This document shows positions 26,789 to 35,434 of a stretch of DNA of 64,000 nucleotides, piece after piece. The DNA comes from Atopococcus sp. (GTDB lineage Bacteria > Bacillota > Bacilli > Lactobacillales > Carnobacteriaceae_A): assembly GCA_043424615.1 (NCBI GenBank), contig JBHWOX010000009.1:1629-65628 (forward strand). Direction: 5' to 3'. Positions within the stretch are counted from its first letter, which is position 1, and every line of letters begins with the position of its first letter. Both the position numbers and the translations under genes were made by a program. Below the pieces are notes generated by a model, which had not been told where the DNA came from, did not search any database, and saw nothing but the letters and a program-made list of their open reading frames with translations.

Positions 26789-27670
26789 ATGAAGGCATCG
26801 AAGTTCAAAGTCAGCCTCTTGCTTTTCCCTCAGCTTTTAATTTCTATATTCCTAATGACTGGGGTCATTTATGGTCTCATCCAAGGTTTAGGTTATATTC
26901 CTGCTTTGAGTATGACCGACTGGACGCTGGACTACTACATCCAAAGCATACAAGACCCCAACACCCTGCGGAGCATTTTATTTAGCTTATGGATTGCTTT
27001 TGCCTCCAGTGTTTTATCAGTCTTGATTGGTCTTTTTATTTGTTACTTATTCATCAACCAAAAACACTATCCCAAATGGGTTCAAGCGCTGATTCAGATT
27101 CCTATCATCGTTCCCCATATTATCGTGGCCCTTTTTGTCATCCAAATCTTGAGCCAGACCGGCATCCTCGCCCGCCTGCTGTATGTCATCGGTTTTGAAA
27201 ATGCCCAGCAAATAGTGTCTGGCTGGCTGTTTGACCCTCAAGGTAAAGGCGTCATCCTTGCTTATTTGTGGAAAGAAATTCCTTTTATCGTTTTTTTCTG
27301 TTTTAGTTTGATTCGGCAAATTAACGGCTCTTTAGGTGAAGCCGCCCAGACCTTGGGAGCGAACCGCCTGCAGGCTTATGTGCACGTGACTTTACCCCTC
27401 TGCCGGCAAACCATTTTGACCTCCTTCTTTATTATTTTTATGTTTACTTTTGGGGCTTATGAGCTGCCCGCCATTTTAGGGCCGACCTTGCCACAGAGCA
27501 TTGCTGAAGCTACTTATATCGCTTATACCCATCCCGATTTAAAACAACGACCTTTCGCTATGGCCATGAATGGTTGGATTTTTATCATTAGTTTGGGAAT
27601 GGCGCTCTTATTTGCCTTTTTCATCTACCGTAAAAAACCAAGCCATAAACAAGGAGGTCAAGATGGATAA
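26789..27670 (+). CDS. ABC transporter permease 1
   Basis: Six hydrophobic segments and an EAA-type loop (GEAAQTLGANRLQAYVHVTLPL). ATG 26789 follows AAGGAGGA. Confidence 0.85.
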   Translation: MKASKFKVSLLLFPQLLISIFLMTGVIYGLIQGLGYIPALSMTDWTLDYYIQSIQDPNTLRSILFSLWIAFASSVLSVLIGLFICYLFINQKHYPKWVQALIQIPIIVPHIIVALFVIQILSQTGILARLLYVIGFENAQQIVSGWLFDPQGKGVILAYLWKEIPFIVFFCFSLIRQINGSLGEAAQTLGANRLQAYVHVTLPLCRQTILTSFFIIFMFTFGAYELPAILGPTLPQSIAEATYIAYTHPDLKQRPFAMAMNGWIFIISLGMALLFAFFIYRKKPSHKQGGQDG

Positions 27671-28469
27671 AATAAAATACCGTTGGATCAATGGCGCCTT
27701 AGCCTTAGCTTTTCTCTTACCCATTTTTATCTTAGTGGTCTGGGCCTTCACTGCTCGCTGGCCTTGGCCCCAGCTTTTTCCTCAAGAATGGACCTGGCGG
27801 GGCTTCAGCCAGTTATGGCAACGCAATCAAAACTTTAGTCAGTTAATCTTTTCCAGTGTCACTCTTTCCCTTCTGGTCGCTTTTTTATCCGTCTGCATTG
27901 GCTTTCTCACCAGCCGGGCCTATCTGATGGTTGAAAAACGATGGGCCAGCCGTTTGATTTACGGCTTGGTTTCTCTGCCGTTTTTAGTTCCGGCGGTTGT
28001 TTTCGGCATGGGGATCCACCAACTCATGATCCGCCTAGGCTGGGCCAACACCTTTTTTGGGGTCATGCTGGCTCATCTGGTCTATTCACTGCCCTATGCC
28101 ACCTATTTAATCCTGGACGCCTACCAGTCCTTTGGTTTCCGCTATGAAGAACAGGCTCGTATTTTAGGGGCCTCCAGCTGGCAAAGTATCCGCCTGGTAA
28201 CCTGGCCCCTTTTATTGCCTGTGCTATCAACCAGCTTTGCCATGTCCTATGTGGTGTCTTTTAGCCAGTATTTCCTCACTCTTTTACTGGGAGGTGGCCA
28301 AGTCCAAACTTTTGCCCTGGTCATGTTCCCTTATTTACAAAATAATGACCGGACCATCGCCAGTAATTATGGCTTGCTTTTCCTCTTGATCACCCTAGCT
28401 GTCTTTCTGATTTTCGAACGGCTGTCCGCCCACTATCAGAAAAAATACCAGCTGTCGTCTTATTATTAA
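27663..28469 (+). CDS. ABC transporter permease 2
   Basis: MDKIKYRWINGALALAFLL... with an EAA-type loop (EEQARILGASSWQSIRLVTWPLL). ATG 27663 follows AAGGAGG and overlaps the upstream stop by 8 nt. Confidence 0.85.
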   Translation: MDKIKYRWINGALALAFLLPIFILVVWAFTARWPWPQLFPQEWTWRGFSQLWQRNQNFSQLIFSSVTLSLLVAFLSVCIGFLTSRAYLMVEKRWASRLIYGLVSLPFLVPAVVFGMGIHQLMIRLGWANTFFGVMLAHLVYSLPYATYLILDAYQSFGFRYEEQARILGASSWQSIRLVTWPLLLPVLSTSFAMSYVVSFSQYFLTLLLGGGQVQTFALVMFPYLQNNDRTIASNYGLLFLLITLAVFLIFERLSAHYQKKYQLSSYY

Positions 28470-28479
28470 GGAGGTTTTT

Positions 28480-29544
28480 ATGTCGCTAGAAATCAATGAT
28501 TTATCCGTCTCTTTCGCTGACAAAAAAGTCTTACAGCAGATCAACTTAAAAGTCGAGAAAGGAGAGTTTATCAGCTTACTCGGCGCTTCTGGGAGTGGTA
28601 AAACCACCCTGCTCAAGTCCATCGCAGGCTTGGTGGATATTGACCAAGGGCAGATAAAAATTGATGGCCAAGCCATTGAAGGCAAAGAAGCTCAAGACCG
28701 CCACTTATCCTATGTCTTCCAAGACTTGCGCTTGTTTCCTCACTTGGATGTCTTTCAAAATATCGCCTTCCCTTTGAAAATGCATGCCATCGACCGAAAG
28801 CAATGGGAGGGGCGCATTGACCAGCTATTGGCTGATGTTCAAATGTCTGAATTCAAACACGCCAGCATCCAATCCCTATCCGGTGGCCAGCAGCAGCGGA
28901 TTGCCCTCGCTCGTGCCTTAGCCATCGAACCCCAGCTCCTCCTGCTAGACGAACCTTTTTCTGGTTTAGACGAAAATTTACGCTTTGAAATGGGTCAGTT
29001 GATTCAAGACTTGCACCGCAAGAACCAGCTCACCATCATCATGGTGACCCATGACAAAAATGAAGCCATTCATTATTCTGACCGGATTGCCATTTTGCAT
29101 GATGGCCTGATCCACCAATACGACCAACCTGAGCGATTAATCTACCAGCCCCAAGACCTATTTACCGCCCAATATTTCGGCCAGGTCAACCCGATTGACG
29201 GCCATGTCGAAGGACAGGCCTATCTTTCTGCTTGGGGGGAATGGCCGCTCGCTGAACAATGGGCTGGACAGACTGATTTGCTTGCCTTATTCCGTCCGAT
29301 GAACGCCCGCCTGATCCAAGATAAGCCCTTGCAAGAGGGGGAAGTCTTACTGCAAGCTCGCATCAAAGCCGTCCACCCTTCTACCCAACAGCTAATGTTG
29401 CTGGGTCAGCCCTTAAAAGGCGAAGGGGAATGGAGTTTTTTCATTGATAATACCCAAGATAATTACCGCCAAGACTGGCTAGACCAAACCATTGATCTGG
29501 CTGTCAACTTAGATGACTTGATTTATGTCTCTGCTCATTCTTAA
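28480..29544 (+). CDS. ABC transporter ATP-binding protein with a C-terminal regulatory (TOBE-like) extension
   Basis: Walker A GASGSGKTT, signature LSGGQQQRIALARAL, Walker B LLLLDEPFSGLD, H-loop VTHD. Confidence 0.9.
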   Translation: MSLEINDLSVSFADKKVLQQINLKVEKGEFISLLGASGSGKTTLLKSIAGLVDIDQGQIKIDGQAIEGKEAQDRHLSYVFQDLRLFPHLDVFQNIAFPLKMHAIDRKQWEGRIDQLLADVQMSEFKHASIQSLSGGQQQRIALARALAIEPQLLLLDEPFSGLDENLRFEMGQLIQDLHRKNQLTIIMVTHDKNEAIHYSDRIAILHDGLIHQYDQPERLIYQPQDLFTAQYFGQVNPIDGHVEGQAYLSAWGEWPLAEQWAGQTDLLALFRPMNARLIQDKPLQEGEVLLQARIKAVHPSTQQLMLLGQPLKGEGEWSFFIDNTQDNYRQDWLDQTIDLAVNLDDLIYVSAHS

Positions 29545-29590
29545 ATCTTTTTAGCCTCATTAGTTAGCTGAATAAAATAGAATGAAAACT

Positions 29591-29627
29591 ATAGAGGTTG
29601 TGCTGTTGTCACGACCTCTATTTTTTA
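29591..29627 (+). terminator. Terminator of the ABC operon
   Basis: ATAGAGGT...ACCTCTAT hairpin, followed by TTTTTT. Confidence 0.75.
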
Positions 29628-29705
29628 TGGTCAATGAGCTGGGTCAGTTTTTAGGCACTTTTCTTGCCTTGGCTCACATTTGCCAAGATTAAGCCTCGGT
29701 TTTTT

Positions 29706-29743
29706 TAAAATAAAAACGACCTGTCCCTATGAATGAACAGGTC
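29706..29743 (-). terminator. Terminator of the GrdB-like gene
   Basis: Minus strand: GACCTGT-(12-nt loop)-ACAGGTC, then GTTTTTATTTT. Confidence 0.65.
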
Positions 29744-29765
29744 ACTGATTTTTAATTTTAACTTT

Positions 29766-30491
29766 TTAATTGTATTTTGACGGACGATATTCTTCATCGC
29801 CACCGTCTAAAGCGAATTCTAACAGTTCCATCAATAATTTTTCATGCTTGTCTTTTTCATGCGCCTGGCCAAAGGTCAACCCTAAAGGAGCTTCAATGGT
29901 CAGCATGCGCGGCGGCCGTGTTTTTTCAGCTACCTTAGGCAAGTGCATAATGGAAGCCGTACGAATCCCTTTTTCTTCTACCGATCGCTGAATCTGTGCC
30001 ACAGATTGATGACAAATATATCAGCCCGGTGATAAGAGACAAATATCGACACCGTCTTGTGCCAGTGCTTCCGCCATTTCAGGAGCTGAACCTGTTCTTA
30101 AGCGGTTGACTTGGGGCATGTAACCCATCAAGCCATAATGGCGAGGAGCCACTGATCCAATAATCCCCCGGTCCGCAAATTCCCGCATTAAACCCAAAGG
30201 AAAAACCACATTCAGATCTTGGTCAGCATCTTCATGGTCATAGTGGGTATGGGTAATCATCAACTCTTCTTCTTTAGCGTCGCCAGGAATCATCCGGTAG
30301 CTATAGTCTCCATCGGTATTGAAGGGTTCTTCCGTTTTTAAATGAACCCCAGCTGTGGTAATGAAAGCCACTTTAGATTCGGATAACGGTTTTTTTACTT
30401 CAGCAATGGCCGGGGCTTCATCCACGGTACGCACCATGCGTTCTGCAATTTTTCCCCAAGCTTTTTCAATAATTCCACGTTTTTTAGCCAT
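29766..30491 (-). CDS. GrdB-family (glycine/sarcosine/betaine/proline reductase selenoprotein B-like) small protein; in-frame TGA at 30021-30023 (candidate Sec, UxxC)
   Basis: ORFs 30021-30506 and 29766-30002 are in one frame, separated only by the TGA: ...GVDICLLSPG-[TGA]-YICHQSVAQIQRSVEEKGIRTASIMHLPKVAEK...PLGLTFG... As I recall, this aligns with the U-x-x-C region of GrdB. Start ATG 30491 follows GGAGGGAGGA. Confidence 0.65.
29991..30007 (-). promoter_or_regulatory. SECIS-like hairpin 13 nt downstream of the in-frame UGA
   Basis: mRNA: UGA-UAUAUUUGUCAUC-AAUCUGU-GGC-ACAGAUU. A 7-bp perfect stem with a G-containing apical loop about 20 nt after the UGA. Confidence 0.4.
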
Positions 30492-30667
30492 AAATCCTCC
30501 CTCCATTTATTAAGTATTTTTATCTACAGGATTTGCAGTCCCTTACGAATTTTCTTAAGATTAAAACGGATTGCTTATTCATTCTAACAAAATAAAGGAT
30601 GGTTATTACTTTATATAAGCAATTTGATTTACTTATTAATTAAACAAATAAACAAAGGAGTAATGTG

Positions 30668-31558
30668 ATGACTTTATCTGATTATTTTGTAACGACCGAT
30701 TGGTTGGCTGACCATTTGGAAGATGAGGGGATCCGCATTGTGGATGCCAGCGTTATTTTTAATCCGGCAGCTGACGACCCTGCAGAAGTTTTACAATCTG
30801 GCCGTCCTGGCTATGAGGAGGGTCACATTCCAGGGGCTATCCATGCTGACCTTTTCCAGCTCAACCAAGCCGATGCTGACATTCCTTTCACCTTCACCGA
30901 TCCCCAAGCCTTCGCTGATGGGCTAGCAGATTTAGGACTGAGCGCTGACGATGACGCTATTGTCATCTATGACCGCTTGTCCATGGTGGGATTAGAAGAT
31001 AAATGCCAATTTTGGGCTTCACGTTTAGCTTGGCAAATGGCTCAAATCAGCTGGTCTAACTTTTATATATTAGATGGGGGCTTTTTCAAATGGCAAGAAG
31101 AAGACCGCCCTATCGAGACTGGCGAACACTCTTATCCCGCTCTTCCCCATCAAACCGTTGACCCTATCAATTTAAAAGCAGAAGAATCAGACGTCTTCGC
31201 AGCCATTGATAAGGATGACACCATTATTATGGATACCCTTCCTCCTGAACAATACCAGGGAGAAGTCGCTCCCTTTGGTGAGGAACATGCGGGCCATATT
31301 CCTTCAGCGATTAATGTTCACTACGGCTCTTTAACCAACAACCAAACCGGTGAATTGAAAGATGAAGAAAGTTTAAGAGAAATTTTCCAAGCAGCCAACT
31401 TGTTGGACGAAGACCAGCAGGTGATTAGCTATTGTGGTTTCGGTGTAGGGGCAACCTGGGTTCAATATGTCTTGAATGCTCTGGGGCAAGATCGGGTCAG
31501 CGTTTATGATGATTCCATGACTGGTTGGACCAACCACCAACAACCGATTAGCCGCTAA
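30668..31558 (+). CDS. Cytoplasmic tandem-rhodanese sulfurtransferase (SseA/3-MST-like)
   Basis: Two rhodanese domains (GHIPGAIHAD, GHIPSAINV). Active-site loop ISYCGFGVGATW. ATG 30668 lies 7 nt after AAGGAG. Confidence 0.85.
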   Translation: MTLSDYFVTTDWLADHLEDEGIRIVDASVIFNPAADDPAEVLQSGRPGYEEGHIPGAIHADLFQLNQADADIPFTFTDPQAFADGLADLGLSADDDAIVIYDRLSMVGLEDKCQFWASRLAWQMAQISWSNFYILDGGFFKWQEEDRPIETGEHSYPALPHQTVDPINLKAEESDVFAAIDKDDTIIMDTLPPEQYQGEVAPFGEEHAGHIPSAINVHYGSLTNNQTGELKDEESLREIFQAANLLDEDQQVISYCGFGVGATWVQYVLNALGQDRVSVYDDSMTGWTNHQQPISR

Positions 31559-32256
31559 TGTTTGTCTTGGCGGTAAAGGGCCTGTATCTTTTCAACATCT
31601 TCCCCCTGCCGGAATAAGTGTTGGCAGGTCTGCATGGTTTTTAAAGTTTTTAAATAACCGTTCTTTTCAAAACGACGGGCAGAAGTATAAATCTTTTGCT
31701 GGCTAGCGTAAATAGGCTGGCCAGCTTTTTTTACACGCAGAGAAAAATCATAATCCTCCATTAGGGCTAAGGACCTGAACCCTCCCATTTGCTGGTAAAA
31801 GTCGCGGGTCATAAACATCCCTTGGTCACCAAAAGCAATCTGTCGGTGCTTCAGCCGCCAATGGGACCCCCAAGCAATCCAATAGGCGAGGGGGTGGTGG
31901 CTAGTAAATTGAAGTCGAAAAGCCCCCATGGCATAGTCTTTTCCACCCAAAACTCGGCGAATTTCTTCCACGGGTGATTGTTTAAAATAAGTGTCTGCAT
32001 GTAAAAATAAAAGATAGTCGCCTTGACTATCTTTTACCCCTTGCTGGAGTTGTTGTCCCCGCCCTTTTTCAGACTGGCTGAGCTTGAACCCTGCTTGCTT
32101 TAACAGTTCAACCGTAGCATCCTGGCTGCCTCCATCCACTAGCAGGCATTCAACTCCTTCTTTTTCAAACACTTGCAAGCGTTGAAAAAGCACATCCAAA
32201 TTTTCAGCTTCGTTGTAAACGGGAATAATGACACTTAGAGATTTAGCTTCGGTCAT
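31555..32256 (-). CDS. Family-2 glycosyltransferase (candidate TIGR04283-type, ArsS-associated)
   Basis: LSVIIPVYNEAENL...VDGGSQDATVELL...LFLHADT. It is the last gene of the minus-strand operon. Its stop overlaps the convergent rhodanese stop by 4 nt. Confidence 0.8.
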   Translation of the reverse strand: MTEAKSLSVIIPVYNEAENLDVLFQRLQVFEKEGVECLLVDGGSQDATVELLKQAGFKLSQSEKGRGQQLQQGVKDSQGDYLLFLHADTYFKQSPVEEIRRVLGGKDYAMGAFRLQFTSHHPLAYWIAWGSHWRLKHRQIAFGDQGMFMTRDFYQQMGGFRSLALMEDYDFSLRVKKAGQPIYASQQKIYTSARRFEKNGYLKTLKTMQTCQHLFRQGEDVEKIQALYRQDKH

Positions 32257-33019
32257 GGTCGAGGTCCTCAGACTCTTGTTGGTCTATTATCTCTTCAGCG
32301 GCTTGTTTTTTCTTTTTATTGTTCATATAGCGTTCAATGATGACAGGAACCGTAGTAATTAAAATTAAAAGAATGACCGCAAAAACAAAGGACGGGCTGG
32401 TCACATCCATAGATTTATCCCCGATATTGACGTAGATAAAGGTCCCCGGCAGGATGAAGATCAAGGACAGGTAAAGATAGTCCCAGAATTTGATGTGCGT
32501 CAAGCCAAATAAATAATTTTCAACCGTATAGGGGATTAGGGGCACAATGCGCGCAAAGACTAAAAAACGCTTCAAATAGCTTTGGTTGGAAATTTTAGTA
32601 AAGGCGGCAGGATAGCGATTGGATAACCATTTTTGAATGGTATCACGGGCGAGATAGCGGGACATAAAAAACATGGTGATGAGGTTGAGGGCTGCTCCGA
32701 TGAAAGTATAGATGACCCCCCAAAAGAAGCCAAAACCCATCCCTCCCGTAATAGCCAGCAAGGGAACGGGGAAGAAGCCCATGGGTAAAAAGACCCAACA
32801 TAAGATATAGACAACGGGTCCCCAGGCTCCAGCAGATAAGATCAGATGGCGGATATATTCTGGTGAAGCATATCTAAAAATGACATAAGCAATAATCACA
32901 ATGAAAAGGCCGACAGCAATTTTTTTAAAGGGGATATTAATCCGCTTTTTGTTTTTTGTTTCGATCGTTCCAGACCTCCTTAACAATAAAGATAATAATT
33001 GATATAGAGAATAGGGCAA
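32243..33019 (-). CDS. TVP38/TMEM64 (DedA-related, SNARE-associated) membrane protein, copy 2
   Basis: Polytopic: ...GAWGPVVYILCWVFLPMGFFPVPLLAITGGMGFGFFWGVIYTFIGAALN... The start is uncertain. The ORF-track TTG at 33019 overlaps the upstream gene by 83 nt, and no good ATG/GTG follows the upstream stop. Confidence 0.65.
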   Translation of the reverse strand: MPYSLYQLLSLLLRRSGTIETKNKKRINIPFKKIAVGLFIVIIAYVIFRYASPEYIRHLILSAGAWGPVVYILCWVFLPMGFFPVPLLAITGGMGFGFFWGVIYTFIGAALNLITMFFMSRYLARDTIQKWLSNRYPAAFTKISNQSYLKRFLVFARIVPLIPYTVENYLFGLTHIKFWDYLYLSLIFILPGTFIYVNIGDKSMDVTSPSFVFAVILLILITTVPVIIERYMNNKKKKQAAEEIIDQQESEDLDHDRS

Positions 33020-33626
33020 TTAAACCGTAGAATAACCCTTTGGCACCACCAGCAAAGTTTTGACCCACATAGGAGTAAACGATGGTGGCCGGTGCTTGAC
33101 CGATCCCAGTAGCGATAATGAACGGCCAAAAGCCCATAGAGGTCAATCCTGCGGCATAGGACACAATATCAAAAGACATAAAAGGTAGTAAGCGGGAGAC
33201 AATGATGGCCCATTTCCCATATTTGTCGAAAAAGCCATCCAAAGACTGGAGGGCTCGCTCAGAGGTGAGGGAAACCACCACATCACGCCCCAAACCACGG
33301 GCAATGTAGAAGCATAAAGCAGCCCCCACCATGGAAGACGTCCAAGAAAGAAGGGCCCCCTGCCACCAGCCGAAGATTGCGGCATTCGCTAGGGTAATTA
33401 CAAAAGCAGGGATGGGTGAGACGATGGACTGGAGAATCATTAAAAAGAATGATACAACGGCGGCTGTTTTACCGTATTGTTGGAGGTATTCAACCACCCC
33501 GTCCAAGCCTTCAGAAGTTAAAGTTTGAACCGCTGTGTTGATCCACTCTCTCACACCAGGAATAAATAAATAAAGTAAGACCAGAGTAATGAGTATGCCT
33601 AGTGTGATTTTTTGATTTCGTGTCAC
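32937..33626 (-). CDS. TVP38/TMEM64 (DedA-related) membrane protein, copy 1
   Basis: Polytopic: ...SFFLMILQSIVSPIPAFVITLANAAIFGWWQGALLSWTSSMVGAALCFYIARGLGRD... Its GTG start shares GTGA with the stop of the upstream gene. Confidence 0.7.
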   Translation of the reverse strand: MTRNQKITLGILITLVLLYLFIPGVREWINTAVQTLTSEGLDGVVEYLQQYGKTAAVVSFFLMILQSIVSPIPAFVITLANAAIFGWWQGALLSWTSSMVGAALCFYIARGLGRDVVVSLTSERALQSLDGFFDKYGKWAIIVSRLLPFMSFDIVSYAAGLTSMGFWPFIIATGIGQAPATIVYSYVGQNFAGGAKGLFYGLIALFSISIIIFIVKEVWNDRNKKQKAD

Positions 33627-35143
33627 AGCAAGTCCTCTCCTTCTTTGATGTATGCTTTTATTTCTTCTAAAAATGGCAAGCTAATGAACCGCTCAATCAC
33701 CTGGGCGGTTTGGTCATCAGATTCTATTTTGGTTGATTCATGATTTTGCACATAGGCCATGGCACACCAGGTAATGCCTCTCAAGCAAGTAAATAATAAG
33801 TATTGGATTAATTTCGGCCGGTCAACGGGAACTTTGGCGTGCTGGTCATAAAGGTCGGCAAAGTCCATGACATCCTCAAAATCCAATAGGACATCGGTCT
33901 TCCAGAGGGTCGTGGTAGGAGCTAAGAAATGCCCTAAGTCCTGTTCTTTTTCACCTACTAAAGGTTTTTCCCAGTCAATCACATAGGATGACTGGCCCGG
34001 GTTGATTAAGAAATTCCCTGAGTTTAACTCGGTATTAATCACACAAGGGTCGGCAATGGGCGCTTCTAAATCAAAACGCTCTAAGCCGGCTAACATCTCT
34101 TCAATGGTGGAGACGACCTCTTCATCTCTATGCTCCCAAGCTTGATAGTGACTAAACATAGAGGTAAATTCGTCCATCATGACTTGGAAAGGGTGTTTGG
34201 CCCGAATCAAGTGGGGAATCTTCTGTTCATCGACTTGATGAATACTGGCCAATAATTCGGCTGCAATGGGCATATCCGTCCGATAATCTAGAGGGCGGCC
34301 ATCAAGAAATTCCTCCACCAAAAAGCCCTTGCCTAAGAGTTCAGTATGTTCGACTAATTCGAATACAGCAGGGACCACACCACTTTCATATAAGCCTTTT
34401 AAAGCATAATACTCATAATTAATCTGATTGTCCAAGCCCATCTGCGAGCCTAAAGCGATTCTAAGCAATTTATTACCATTATCTATAAGAAAATTAGCAT
34501 TGTATTCCCCTTGGCTGTGGAAGCGGGCTCCTAAATCTCCAGACAAGACCTTGGCAATATCTTCTCGATCATCAATGTCAATAATTTGTCCGACAGTGGC
34601 CGTTTGGTAGCCGGCTTTTTCCGTTAATTCAAGGGTCTGCTGGCAGACCTTATCATGAGAATAAGCGTCCAAAGCAAAAGATGCAGGAATGGGGCGATCC
34701 ATCCCAATTAAGCCAAAACCACCATCTAAAGAAGGGGTCAAGACCAGGTTGACTTGGTCTAAGCTTTCAAAGGCCTGGTCAATGATCTCTGTTGTCAGAT
34801 TGTACAGGTCAGATCCGACTAAGATGACTTTATCATATGATTTATTAAATATTTCCTCGAAGGCCGCCAACATTTGTGGGCCCAATTCTCCATCTAATTG
34901 ATAGTTAATATGGTCGGTTGAAATATCAAAAAAATCGGCCAAATCTTCCTTCTTTTGATCAGCTGGAAGGTAGTAATACAAGTCGGCTTGTTCATAAGAA
35001 GATAAGACCTGGAAGTTTTTTCGAGCCAAGTATTGGCTTAAATAATAAATTTCTTCCAAATTCAAAAAATTACGCAGGCGTGTTTTACCTGCTCCTAGTT
35101 CGGGAAATCTTAAAAAATAAATCATAGCGTTTGGCTGACTCAT
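33623..35143 (-). CDS. Fusion protein: N-terminal DUF2064/CofC-like nucleotidyltransferase (candidate TIGR04282) + C-terminal APH/choline-kinase-like phosphotransferase
   Basis: N-terminal: MIYFLRFPELGAGKTRL...KVILVGSDLYNL...VLTPSLDGGFGLIGMD. C-terminal: NANFLI.NGNKLLRIA..., GFLVEEFLDGRPL, INTELNSGNFLINP...YVIDWEKP (kinase catalytic-loop-like). The start could be 35143, 35158 or 35125. Confidence 0.7.
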   Translation of the reverse strand: MSQPNAMIYFLRFPELGAGKTRLRNFLNLEEIYYLSQYLARKNFQVLSSYEQADLYYYLPADQKKEDLADFFDISTDHINYQLDGELGPQMLAAFEEIFNKSYDKVILVGSDLYNLTTEIIDQAFESLDQVNLVLTPSLDGGFGLIGMDRPIPASFALDAYSHDKVCQQTLELTEKAGYQTATVGQIIDIDDREDIAKVLSGDLGARFHSQGEYNANFLIDNGNKLLRIALGSQMGLDNQINYEYYALKGLYESGVVPAVFELVEHTELLGKGFLVEEFLDGRPLDYRTDMPIAAELLASIHQVDEQKIPHLIRAKHPFQVMMDEFTSMFSHYQAWEHRDEEVVSTIEEMLAGLERFDLEAPIADPCVINTELNSGNFLINPGQSSYVIDWEKPLVGEKEQDLGHFLAPTTTLWKTDVLLDFEDVMDFADLYDQHAKVPVDRPKLIQYLLFTCLRGITWCAMAYVQNHESTKIESDDQTAQVIERFISLPFLEEIKAYIKEGEDLL

Positions 35144-35434
35144 CAATTCCTTTAGCACCTACCTTAATAAATATAATCATACTTCTCACATCTTAAGTAT
35201 ATCAGCTCATTTTCACAAGCTAGGGCTGGCTTGGAAGCCTTTGAATCATTATATTTTTTAATAAGTTTATTAATGGTCCTAATAACTTATCAGTCAGCCT
35301 GATAAAATTTGGGCATTTATAGATAATATTAATAGCCGTCAAAATTATATGGAAATAATGGTATAATGACCTTTGATAAAAATTTATCATGAACGTATCA
35401 AAGAAAGTAATATCAAAAGAATGGGCGTGAAAAT

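Noticed and set aside
1069-30023. The two in-frame TGAs (1069 and 30021) could mean a TGA=Trp genetic code (code 4).
   Set aside because: TGA is used as a genuine stop here. walR ends in TGA (19244-19246), just before the walK start. The DUF2064-APH gene ends in a GTGA stop/start overlap (33623-33626). The ribosomal and housekeeping genes are otherwise normal code-11 ORFs.
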